From assembly GCA_020161455.1 (NCBI GenBank), contig JAIUNZ010000002.1, forward strand, positions 131,091 to 195,090: a stretch of 64,000 nucleotides of DNA. The letters run 5' to 3'. Under the pieces are notes generated by a model. That model was not told the DNA's origin. It searched no databases and was given only the letters and a program-made list of their open reading frames with translations. This DNA is from Bacteroidota bacterium. GTDB lineage: Bacteria; Bacteroidota; Bacteroidia; Flavobacteriales; Flavobacteriaceae. The position numbers and the translations under genes were made by a program. This document shows, in pieces, positions 1-7,872 of the stretch (its first letter is position 1; the number at the start of each line of letters is the position of its first letter).

Positions 1-446
1 ACTTTTAAACCATGTTTTTTGGCAATGGCTTCAATGACTTCAACATTACATGGGTTTCCAAAAACATGAGTTGCTAAAATAGCTGTAGTTTTATTGGTTA
101 TTGCACTTTCTATTTTACTTTCATCAATTGTTAAATATTCTGGATGAATATCGACAAATACTGGTTTACAATTTTCCCAAATAATTGCCGAAGTAGTTGC
201 CACGTAAGAAAAAGGCGTTGTAATTATCTCTCCATTATTTCCCAATATTTTTAAAGCAATTTGTATAGGAATTGTTCCGTTATTGGTAATAATCATTTTT
301 TCTAATGATAACCTTTTTTTTAGTTTTTCCTCTAATTCTAATACCAATTCGCCTCTATTTGTTAACCATTGGTTATTCCAAGCTCTTTGAATTTCTTTTG
401 TGTAAGTTTCAATTTTTGGAAGAAAAGCTTTTGTTACTGGTATCAT
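1..446 (-). CDS. DegT/DnrJ/EryC1/StrS-family PLP sugar aminotransferase, N-terminal part; the gene runs off the left edge of the window
   Basis: Not in the ORF track because it is partial. Reverse translation from the ATG at 446..444 gives MIPVTKAFLPKIETYTKEIQRAWNNQWLTNRGELVLELEEKLKK...ITTPFSYVATTSAIIWENCKPVFVDI...ILATHVFGNPC, typical of this family. Its start overlaps the wzx stop (TAATG). Confidence 0.7.
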   Translation of the reverse strand, partial: MIPVTKAFLPKIETYTKEIQRAWNNQWLTNRGELVLELEEKLKKRLSLEKMIITNNGTIPIQIALKILGNNGEIITTPFSYVATTSAIIWENCKPVFVDIHPEYLTIDESKIESAITNKTTAILATHVFGNPCNVEVIEAIAKKHGLK

Positions 447-1879
447 TATTGTTTTTTTATTAAATTCAAAATATAAATTATACTCCTATTCTTAATCATA
501 ACATTATATGAGAAATAAAACAAATAGCCCACAGCTATTGGAATTAATATTTGTAAAAATAAGCTATATTTTTCTATTTGCATTAAAACAAAGTACATTA
601 AAAAAGCCATAATAGTTGAAGATAATATCACAGGAAACATATCATATATTTGATTTTTAAAAGAGTAATTAATCAATTTTGAACTGTATTTTGTGTTTAT
701 AATAAGTGCTATAACGGAAGTTATAAAATTACTCCAAATAAGTCCATAAATTCCAAAACTAAATAAAGCTGTTATGCTTAAAACAATTATTATCTTTTTT
801 AAAATTTCTATATTAAGATATAAATCTGTTCTGCCATATATTTTTAAAACTATTATATTAAATGCATGAATGGGATAAAATATACTTGCTAAGCAAAGTA
901 TTTGGAAAAAATTTGATGCTTCAATCCATTCTTTACCCAAAACCAATAAAAATAATGGTTTAGCAATCATTATTACTGAAAAAATTAAAGGTGTTGTAAT
1001 GAAAAATGTTGTTTTCATTAGTTTTTTATAAGAATCAGCTATTTTATCTTTATCGTTTTGCATTTCAGATAAAATTGGATAACTTACTTTGTTAATTATC
1101 CCCACTATGACTGTTATTGGATATTCATTTAATGATTGTGCTCTATCAAAATAGCCCAATGTTTTAATAGAATAAAATTTTCCTATTATTAAATTATAAA
1201 TATTTTTAAAAAGTGTATCAATAACTGTGGCTATCATTAACTTATACCCGTAAAAAAAATGTAAATCAAATTTTTGTTTCGAAAACTCTAGAGTTGGTTT
1301 CCATTCTGAATGTTTCCACAATAAAACTGTATTTATTAATTGTGATGTCAAATACATTACTACTAGACTCCAAACACCAAGGCCTTCATTAACAAGGTAT
1401 AGGGAGAAAATTAATCCAATTATTGTACCTGGTATGTTAAGAATTGTAAGTTTTTTAAATTTTAAATTTTTTATTAAAATGGCAATTTGAATGGATGAAA
1501 AAGCAGATAAAATAAAACTTAAACAATAAACCCTAATTAAATTACAAAGCAACGGTTGCTTAAAAAAATTTGAGATATAATTAGCGGTAAAAAATAAAAT
1601 TAAGTATATAATTAAACTAAAAATTAAGTTTGTAATAAAGACAGTTGAATAATCTTTACTATCTGTGTTTAGAGATCTGATTAAAGAAATTGATAAACCT
1701 CCGTCAACTAATGCGTTTCCTACTGATATGAAAACTGTAAGGATTCCAATTAATCCAAATTCTGCTGGCCCAACTAATCTAGCTAAAAATAATGTGAATA
1801 TAAAAAGAGAGCCTTTTAAAAAAAAAGTGTCTAAAAATGTCCACTTTAATCCTGAAAAAGTTTTATTAGTAAGTGACAT
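446..1879 (-). CDS. wzx: Wzx-type polysaccharide/O-antigen flippase (MOP superfamily)
   Basis: 477 aa, polytopic throughout (about 12-14 hydrophobic segments). The N-terminus MSLTNKTFSGLKWTFLDTFFLKGSLFIF is typical of polysaccharide biosynthesis flippases. It lies within a sugar-nucleotide/O-antigen gene context. Confidence 0.7.
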   Translation of the reverse strand: MSLTNKTFSGLKWTFLDTFFLKGSLFIFTLFLARLVGPAEFGLIGILTVFISVGNALVDGGLSISLIRSLNTDSKDYSTVFITNLIFSLIIYLILFFTANYISNFFKQPLLCNLIRVYCLSFILSAFSSIQIAILIKNLKFKKLTILNIPGTIIGLIFSLYLVNEGLGVWSLVVMYLTSQLINTVLLWKHSEWKPTLEFSKQKFDLHFFYGYKLMIATVIDTLFKNIYNLIIGKFYSIKTLGYFDRAQSLNEYPITVIVGIINKVSYPILSEMQNDKDKIADSYKKLMKTTFFITTPLIFSVIMIAKPLFLLVLGKEWIEASNFFQILCLASIFYPIHAFNIIVLKIYGRTDLYLNIEILKKIIIVLSITALFSFGIYGLIWSNFITSVIALIINTKYSSKLINYSFKNQIYDMFPVILSSTIMAFLMYFVLMQIEKYSLFLQILIPIAVGYLFYFSYNVMIKNRSIIYILNLIKKQ

Positions 1880-3260
1880 TATTTTCTTTTTTAGATAGGT
1901 TTGAAAACTTCATTAATATACAAAGAGACAACCAAAAAACATAAAGTCTAAAAGCATCTATCTGTATCCAGTTAATATAAAGACCTATAAATGTGATAAA
2001 TAATATTATTCCTAAAACTTTTATTTCTAACTCGTCATTTTTCATCAAAATTTTGGTTTGCTTAAAAGTAGTAAATATTAAAAATAAAAAGATGATGATT
2101 CCAATAATTCCTGTTTCAGCTAATAATCTTGTATAAAGATTATAACCTGGCGGAAAAGACCTAACGTTGCTTTCTTGATATATTTTTTTAAATTCCCAGT
2201 TGTTTTTAACTGCCCAAGACGGATATAGATGTCTTCCAGTAAAAGACTGTTGACCAAAACCAACACCAATGATTGGATTTTTTTTAAAAACTTGCAATGA
2301 AGAGTATTGTATGCCAAAACGAGATTGATTGGACACGCTTTTTGTTAAATTTCCAACAAAATCTAATGATTCTACTTTTTTTGTAATGTCTTTTATGGCT
2401 TTATTATCTTTATTTAGTGTAGCTAACAATAACAAAGAAAACGTTAAAACTAGTGTTGATAAAACAATAATTCGTTTCATATTAATGCTTAAGAAAATGT
2501 TTAAGAAAAAAATCAATTGAATTAAAATTACAACTAATGCAGTTCTTGAACCTGAGTAATATGTTAAAATAAGCACCATAAATAATGGAATATATTTCGA
2601 CCTTTTTTTTTCCGTTATCATATAACTGAACATCCAACCGGCAATAGAAATAAGAAATATTGCTAAAAATGGTGGTTCATAAGCAACAGATGATATTCTT
2701 CCTTGTGAGTCAAAATCTTCCTCTAAAAAAGGGAAATAATCAAAAAGGTTGTAAATTGGTTTAAGAAAAGAAAAGCCTAGTATAGTTACAGATACTTCGA
2801 AAAATCCATATATAAAAGTAAATATTAAAGAAAATAAAAATATCCTTCTTATTTTGAATAAAACCTGTTTAATATTCATTTCTATCAATACATTCCAAAA
2901 AAATAAAAGAAAAATAATCGTTGAAAATGAAAGTGAAATAAATTGACGGATAAATCGATTAAATCCAGTTGTATGTTTGAAGTAATTTTCAGAAACTGTC
3001 TGATAATTTAATAACGTACTTAATATTAACCACGCAATAAATGCTAACAATACTTGAAATACAGTTTTATTTAATGGAATATAAAAGGGTTTTCCTTTGA
3101 AAACATCAACTAAAAGTAAAGCAAAACCTATTAGAAAAAAGTAAGCTCCAGCTTCATTTTTATATTCACCTAAAAACTTTAATCCATCAAAAGAGGTAAA
3201 AGGAAAAAAAAACAACCCAAATAAAAAAAGTAAATAATAAGTTTGTTTTAAGCTCAGCAT
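1866..3260 (-). CDS. O-antigen polymerase/ligase-family (Wzy-like) polytopic membrane protein
   Basis: 464 aa with many TM helices and one larger loop (RISSVAYEPPF...). It overlaps wzx by 14 nt. Its position next to the flippase supports the call. Confidence 0.6.
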   Translation of the reverse strand: MLSLKQTYYLLFLFGLFFFPFTSFDGLKFLGEYKNEAGAYFFLIGFALLLVDVFKGKPFYIPLNKTVFQVLLAFIAWLILSTLLNYQTVSENYFKHTTGFNRFIRQFISLSFSTIIFLLFFWNVLIEMNIKQVLFKIRRIFLFSLIFTFIYGFFEVSVTILGFSFLKPIYNLFDYFPFLEEDFDSQGRISSVAYEPPFLAIFLISIAGWMFSYMITEKKRSKYIPLFMVLILTYYSGSRTALVVILIQLIFFLNIFLSINMKRIIVLSTLVLTFSLLLLATLNKDNKAIKDITKKVESLDFVGNLTKSVSNQSRFGIQYSSLQVFKKNPIIGVGFGQQSFTGRHLYPSWAVKNNWEFKKIYQESNVRSFPPGYNLYTRLLAETGIIGIIIFLFLIFTTFKQTKILMKNDELEIKVLGIILFITFIGLYINWIQIDAFRLYVFWLSLCILMKFSNLSKKENNVTY

Positions 3261-3276
3261 TGATGTTCATTTTAAT

Positions 3277-3312
3277 TAAAAAAGGTTGTTGTGAGACAAC
3301 CTTGTTTTTTTT
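3277..3312 (-). terminator. Bidirectional intrinsic terminator downstream of the lipoprotein gene
   Basis: Stem AAGGTTGT (3282-3289) / ACAACCTT (3296-3303), loop TGTGAG, with A-runs and T-runs on both sides. Confidence 0.7.
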
Positions 3313-3340
3313 CTTAAAAACAAATTTAATCGAATATTGT

Positions 3341-3886
3341 TTAAATTCCTTTATTTATCTTATCCATTTCATTATAGAATGGAATGTTTATTGACAAAAA
3401 AGGATCATAAATCCCTTTTGAATCTTTAAATGGAGTATAAAGTTTTGTCGTTGGGTCATACTTCACATATTCATTGTAATCAAAATAATCACTAATTTTA
3501 TCTTCTGTTACTTCAAAACTCTTTCCTAGATAACTAATTTTTATTTTTAATATTCTAACAGGTTCTTGATCTGGATTTTTACTAAAATCAAATCTAATAT
3601 TATTCGGTAGAACTCCTTCGGGTAATGCAAAAATTATTTCTTGCTCTTTATCACTACCTTTTACATGTACCCAAACAGCATGTTCATCATCAAACCACTC
3701 ATTACTAGGGTCTTTATAGTAAACAATTAAGTCATCTTCTTTTGGTATAATAACATTAGTTACCACATTAAAAGTTTCAATTTTCTCTTCTGGTTGTTCT
3801 TGAGTAACTGTTTCTTTTTGTTCTTGTTTACAAGAAGTTAGTAAGGTTATTAATGTTATAATTGCAATTCCAAATTTTGTTTTCAT
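3341..3886 (-). CDS. Lipoprotein of unknown function (paralog 1)
   Basis: 181 aa. Signal peptide plus lipobox LLTSC. Clearly homologous to the next ORF (IVYYKDPSNEWFDDEHAVWVHVKGS versus ILYYKDGSNEWFVDEKTVWVGVKGS; both share YDPF near the C-terminus). Confidence 0.7.
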   Translation of the reverse strand: MKTKFGIAIITLITLLTSCKQEQKETVTQEQPEEKIETFNVVTNVIIPKEDDLIVYYKDPSNEWFDDEHAVWVHVKGSDKEQEIIFALPEGVLPNNIRFDFSKNPDQEPVRILKIKISYLGKSFEVTEDKISDYFDYNEYVKYDPTTKLYTPFKDSKGIYDPFLSINIPFYNEMDKINKGI

Positions 3887-3895
3887 AAATATTCT

Positions 3896-4426
3896 TTATT
3901 CTGTTAATTTCAATAATTCAGGATAAAACTCCATAGTTGTTTCAAAAAATGGATCATATGATCCGTCTTTATTTTTATCTAAGATATACGTTTTTGTAAC
4001 CTCATCATAAGTTACATACTCATTCCCTTTAAAAAATAAATTGAATTTATCTTCAGGAATTACAAGTGATTTATCATAATATTTCAAAACAAATTTTTTA
4101 ATTTGTATTGTTTCTTTTCCTTTGAAATAGTTTCTGCCTATATCTAATCTAAAATCATTAGGTAGAATGTTTGAATTGATTTTAAATATTGCTTGTTGAA
4201 TGTTTTCACTTCCTTTTACACCAACCCAAACGGTTTTTTCGTCTACAAACCATTCATTAGAACCATCTTTATAATACAGAATTATATCATTATCGTTTTT
4301 GATAACTATATTTACTATCACCTCAATATTTCCGTTTTCATTATCATTCTTCTTTTTACAAGATAGTAAAAAAAAACAAAATAATATATATGTTAAGGTT
4401 CTTTGTAAATCCATTTTTTTTAGCAA
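3896..4426 (-). CDS. Lipoprotein of unknown function (paralog 2)
   Basis: 176 aa with lipobox LLSC. It is a tandem paralog of 3341..3886, 9 nt upstream of it. Confidence 0.7.
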   Translation of the reverse strand: MLKKMDLQRTLTYILFCFFLLSCKKKNDNENGNIEVIVNIVIKNDNDIILYYKDGSNEWFVDEKTVWVGVKGSENIQQAIFKINSNILPNDFRLDIGRNYFKGKETIQIKKFVLKYYDKSLVIPEDKFNLFFKGNEYVTYDEVTKTYILDKNKDGSYDPFFETTMEFYPELLKLTE

Positions 4427-4498
4427 AAATATAAATTTTTTTTTCTATTTGTTTTTATAAAAATTTATTGATGCATTAAGCTATTCTTTTTAAAACTT

Positions 4499-5410
4499 TT
4501 ATTGCTTTTTTAAACTGCACTCCCAGCTTTTAATTTCAATTTTTAATTCTTTTTTAATTTTAGTTTTATCCAAAACACTATAAGCTGGTCTTTTGGCTGG
4601 CGTTGGAAAACTTGTTGTTGGAATTGGGAGTAAATTTATACTTATATTATTGATTTCAAATATTTTTTTGGCAAAATCATACCATGAACATTGACCTTCG
4701 TTCGAGAAATTGTAAATTCCGAAAAGGTTGGAAGTTGGAAGTTGGAAGTTGGAAGCACTTCGTCTCTCGACTGCGCTCGAGATGACAAGCTTAGCGCGAC
4801 AAATTATTGTAATTATAACTTCAGCTAAATCAACGGCATTTGTAGGTGTGCCAATTTGGTCGTTTACTACTGAAATAGTGTCTCTTTCGGATGCCAATCG
4901 CAACATGGTTTTCATGAAATTATTTCCAAATTGAGAATAGACCCAAGATGTACGGATGATAAAATGTTTTTTCCAAGTATTTTGAATTGCAATTTCACCT
5001 TCTAGTTTCGTTTGTCCATAAACTCCAGTTGGGTTAGGAATATCCGTTTCTAGATAGCCTTTCGACTGCGCTCGAGATGACAAAGTACCGTCAAAAACAA
5101 AATCAGTAGAAATATGTAATAGGACTGTGTCAAATTCTTTGCAGACAATTGCTAAGTTTTTTGATCCATTTACGTTAATATCAAATGCTTTTTCTGGTTC
5201 GCTTTCTGCTTTATCCACCGCAGTGTATGCTGCTGCATTTATACAAAAGTTTGGTTTAAATTGTTTAAAAGCTTGTTTGATGCTGTTTAAATCTGTTATA
5301 TTTAAAGTAGCCGAATCGCAAAAAACAAATTCAATTTCGGAATAATTTGGAGCAATAAATTGCAAACTTTGTCCTAATTGTCCTGAACTTCCTGTTACTA
5401 AAACTACCAT
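4499..5410 (-). CDS. rfbD: dTDP-4-dehydrorhamnose reductase, carrying two short in-frame insertions
   Basis: 303 aa. MVVLVTGSSGQLG Rossmann N-terminus, STDFVFDG, VYGQTKLEGE (YxxxK) and RTSWVYS motifs. It overlaps the rfbC stop by 7 nt. Confidence 0.88.
   Translation of the reverse strand: MVVLVTGSSGQLGQSLQFIAPNYSEIEFVFCDSATLNITDLNSIKQAFKQFKPNFCINAAAYTAVDKAESEPEKAFDINVNGSKNLAIVCKEFDTVLLHISTDFVFDGTLSSRAQSKGYLETDIPNPTGVYGQTKLEGEIAIQNTWKKHFIIRTSWVYSQFGNNFMKTMLRLASERDTISVVNDQIGTPTNAVDLAEVIITIICRAKLVISSAVERRSASNFQLPTSNLFGIYNFSNEGQCSWYDFAKKIFEINNISINLLPIPTTSFPTPAKRPAYSVLDKTKIKKELKIEIKSWECSLKKQ
4727..4754. repeat. Heptanucleotide tandem repeat (GTTGGAA)x4 inside rfbD
   Basis: Four perfect head-to-tail 7-nt units. 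They are read on the coding strand as (TTCCAAC)x4, which encodes SNFQLPTSNL. Confidence 0.95.
4767..4788. repeat. 22-nt hairpin-type repeat element, copy 1 (inside rfbD)
   Basis: TCGACTGCGCTCGAGATGACAA is identical to 5062..5083. It contains the inverted repeat TCTCGA-ctgcgc-TCGAGA (4765-4782). Confidence 0.95.
5062..5083. repeat. 22-nt hairpin-type repeat element, copy 2 (inside rfbD)
   Basis: TCGACTGCGCTCGAGATGACAA is identical to 4767..4788. It encodes LSSRAQSK in the rfbD frame. Confidence 0.95.
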
Positions 5411-5955
5411 GCTTTTTTGGCATTTTCAAGGTTAGGTTGTACTTTATCTTTTTCGGAAATGATTAAATTTTCTAATGGAAATTGCCAATCAATTCCAATG
5501 GTTTTATCATTAAAGTCAATTCCTCCTTCGGATTCTTTATTGTAAAAATTGTCGCATTTGTAGAAAAAAACAGCGGTTTCGCTCAATACTAAAAATCCGT
5601 GAGCAAATCCTCTTGGAACAAAAAATTGTTTTTGATTTTCACTAGATAAAACTATAGCTTCATATTGACCAAATGTTTTAGAATTAGGACGAATATCGAC
5701 AGCTACATCAAGCACTTCTCCTTGTAGTACTCGCACTAATTTGGCTTGAGCATGTTCACCAGTTTGATAATGTAAACCGCGTAAAACGCCTTTTGTAGAA
5801 AAAGATTGATTGTCTTGAACAAAATGAACCGTTTGTCCTATTCCTTTTTGGAATGTTTCTTCATTGAAACTTTCCATAAAATAACCCCTTTCGTCCAAAA
5901 TAACTTTGGGTTCAATGATAAAACAACCTTTAAGTTTGGTTTCTGTAAAAATCAT
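5404..5955 (-). CDS. rfbC: dTDP-4-dehydrorhamnose 3,5-epimerase
   Basis: ERGYFMESF, VQDNQSFSTKGVLRGLHYQ, KLVRVLQGEVLDVAVDIR and PRGFAHGF motifs. I prefer the ATG at 5955 (MIFTETKLKG) over the track start at 5973. Confidence 0.92.
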   Translation of the reverse strand: MIFTETKLKGCFIIEPKVILDERGYFMESFNEETFQKGIGQTVHFVQDNQSFSTKGVLRGLHYQTGEHAQAKLVRVLQGEVLDVAVDIRPNSKTFGQYEAIVLSSENQKQFFVPRGFAHGFLVLSETAVFFYKCDNFYNKESEGGIDFNDKTIGIDWQFPLENLIISEKDKVQPNLENAKKAW

Positions 5956-6014
5956 GCTCAATATCAATATCAATGTTAAAAATCAATTTCAATAACATTG
6001 TGGTTAAACCCTTA

Positions 6015-6878
6015 TTATTCTTCTAACAATGCCATCAAATGGACACCATAACCACTTTTTAGTAATGGTTCTGCTAATATTTTTAATTGATTTTTATCTA
6101 TAAACCCCATTTTATAAGCAGCTTCTTCGATAGCACCAATTTTTAAACCTTGACGTTCTTCTATAACTTGAACAAATTGACCTGCTTGCATCAACGATTG
6201 GAATGTTCCTGTATCAAGCCAAGCTGTTCCTCTATCCAAAATAGAAACTTTTAGATTTCCTCTTTTTAGATATTCTTTGTTAACATCGGTAATTTCAAGT
6301 TCTCCTCGATGACTTGGTTTTATGTTGGCAGCAACTTCAATAACCGAATTATCATAAAAATAAATTCCTGGTACTGCGTAATTTGATTTTGGCTTTTCTG
6401 GTTTCTCTTCAATGGACAAAACGTTTCCTTGTTTATCAAAATCAACTACACCATATCGTTCGGGATCGTGAACATGATAAGCATAAATTATTCCGCCATC
6501 TGGATTGTTGTTTGCTTGTAATAACTCCGCTAAACCTGTTCCGTAAAATATATTATCACCAAGAATCAAGGCAACTTTATCATTAGCTACAAACTCTTTT
6601 CCAATAATAAATGCTTCCGCCAATCCGTTAGGGTTTTCTTGAACAGCATATTCAAAACGGCACCCAAACTTTTTCCCATCGCCTAATAATTGTTGGAAAA
6701 GTGGTAAATCGTGAGGTGTTGAGATAATTAAAATTTCATTGATTCCTGCCCACATTAAAGTTGACAACGGATAATAAATCATCGGTTTGTCATAAATAGG
6801 CATTAATTGCTTGCTTACTGCTAATGTTAATGGGTGCAATCTTGTTCCTGAACCGCCAGCTAGAATAATTCCTTTCAT
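6015..6878 (-). CDS. rfbA: Glucose-1-phosphate thymidylyltransferase
   Basis: [38 protein letters not shown] and LGDNIFYG are canonical RmlA motifs. Confidence 0.95.
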   Translation of the reverse strand: MKGIILAGGSGTRLHPLTLAVSKQLMPIYDKPMIYYPLSTLMWAGINEILIISTPHDLPLFQQLLGDGKKFGCRFEYAVQENPNGLAEAFIIGKEFVANDKVALILGDNIFYGTGLAELLQANNNPDGGIIYAYHVHDPERYGVVDFDKQGNVLSIEEKPEKPKSNYAVPGIYFYDNSVIEVAANIKPSHRGELEITDVNKEYLKRGNLKVSILDRGTAWLDTGTFQSLMQAGQFVQVIEERQGLKIGAIEEAAYKMGFIDKNQLKILAEPLLKSGYGVHLMALLEE

Positions 6879-6880
6879 GT

Positions 6881-7864
6881 TTAAGTGTTTAATTTAGCCA
6901 TTTGCCTTTTATAGTAAGCCTTGATTAGTCCTACTAAAATGAATAATGCCACAAAAATTAATGGTAGAATAAATTTCAATTTACCATTTATAGATTCTGT
7001 ATATTTGATATTAAGTACTTCGGCACTATTTTTAATAATTTTATTTAAATTAATTAATTCAATTCTATGAATTCCTTGCTCTCTAACCAAATCATCTTTT
7101 GTTTTGATTACATCATTTAATTGTGAATTTTCATTGTAATAGACCAATTTATCACTTTTTTGAGAGCCATTAACAGTATTTGAAAATGTATTTAAAAAAC
7201 TATTAATCTGATTGATAATAGAATCATTTTCAATTATTTTAATGCTAATGTTATCAATATACTGCTTTTGGATTTTACTATAAAACTCAGAATCATTTAA
7301 GTATTTTAAAATTGGATTTACAGTTTTATCAAAATCTGTTTCTTTAAGTGTTATAAAAGATATCAAATGATATGGATAATTTTTACTTGTGATATTATCT
7401 GAAAAGACTTTGCTAATATCTCCGTCTTCCGCCATCAATTTTATTAATTCAAAATTTTGGGGGTTTTCTTTAACAAACTTATAGACATCTGAAATAGGTT
7501 CGATTGTTATTTCTTTAAGCTTTTTAGCATCTTTAACACCCACTACATTCTTTAAAAAAAGAGTGTCATTGTCTTTAATTTTAGACTCTATTAACTCAAT
7601 TTTGGAATATAAATAATCAACAGAACCAAAATTTGGTTGGACATAAAGTTTGTTTTCAAATTCTTTATTAGTTTTATCTAAATAGAAACCAAGAGCCACT
7701 CCAATTATAAATAATATTGAAATTATAATTAAATTTCTTTTCAAAAAAAGAAATCCTCTAAAAATAGAAGTAGAAATGTTTTCAAAAAATTGTCCTATTT
7801 TTTTTGATACTTGCGATAAATCAATCTCTTGATTATCCGAATTGTTTTTAGACGTATCGTTCAT
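6881..7864 (-). CDS. Wzz-like (chain-length-determinant topology) membrane protein; function not proven
   Basis: 327 aa. One TM near the N-terminus ([16 protein letters not shown]) and one at the extreme C-terminus ([17 protein letters not shown]), flanking a ~250-aa coiled/soluble domain. This is PCP-1-like topology. It sits directly upstream of rfbA with a 2-nt gap. Confidence 0.45.
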   Translation of the reverse strand: MNDTSKNNSDNQEIDLSQVSKKIGQFFENISTSIFRGFLFLKRNLIIISILFIIGVALGFYLDKTNKEFENKLYVQPNFGSVDYLYSKIELIESKIKDNDTLFLKNVVGVKDAKKLKEITIEPISDVYKFVKENPQNFELIKLMAEDGDISKVFSDNITSKNYPYHLISFITLKETDFDKTVNPILKYLNDSEFYSKIQKQYIDNISIKIIENDSIINQINSFLNTFSNTVNGSQKSDKLVYYNENSQLNDVIKTKDDLVREQGIHRIELINLNKIIKNSAEVLNIKYTESINGKLKFILPLIFVALFILVGLIKAYYKRQMAKLNT

Positions 7865-7872
7865 ATAAAAAT

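Noticed and set aside
4499-5410. rfbD as a pseudogene disrupted by repeat insertions
   Set aside because: The reading frame is intact over 303 aa and all recognisable RmlD motifs are present (GSSGQLG, YGQTKLEGE, RTSWVY). The insertions are in frame.
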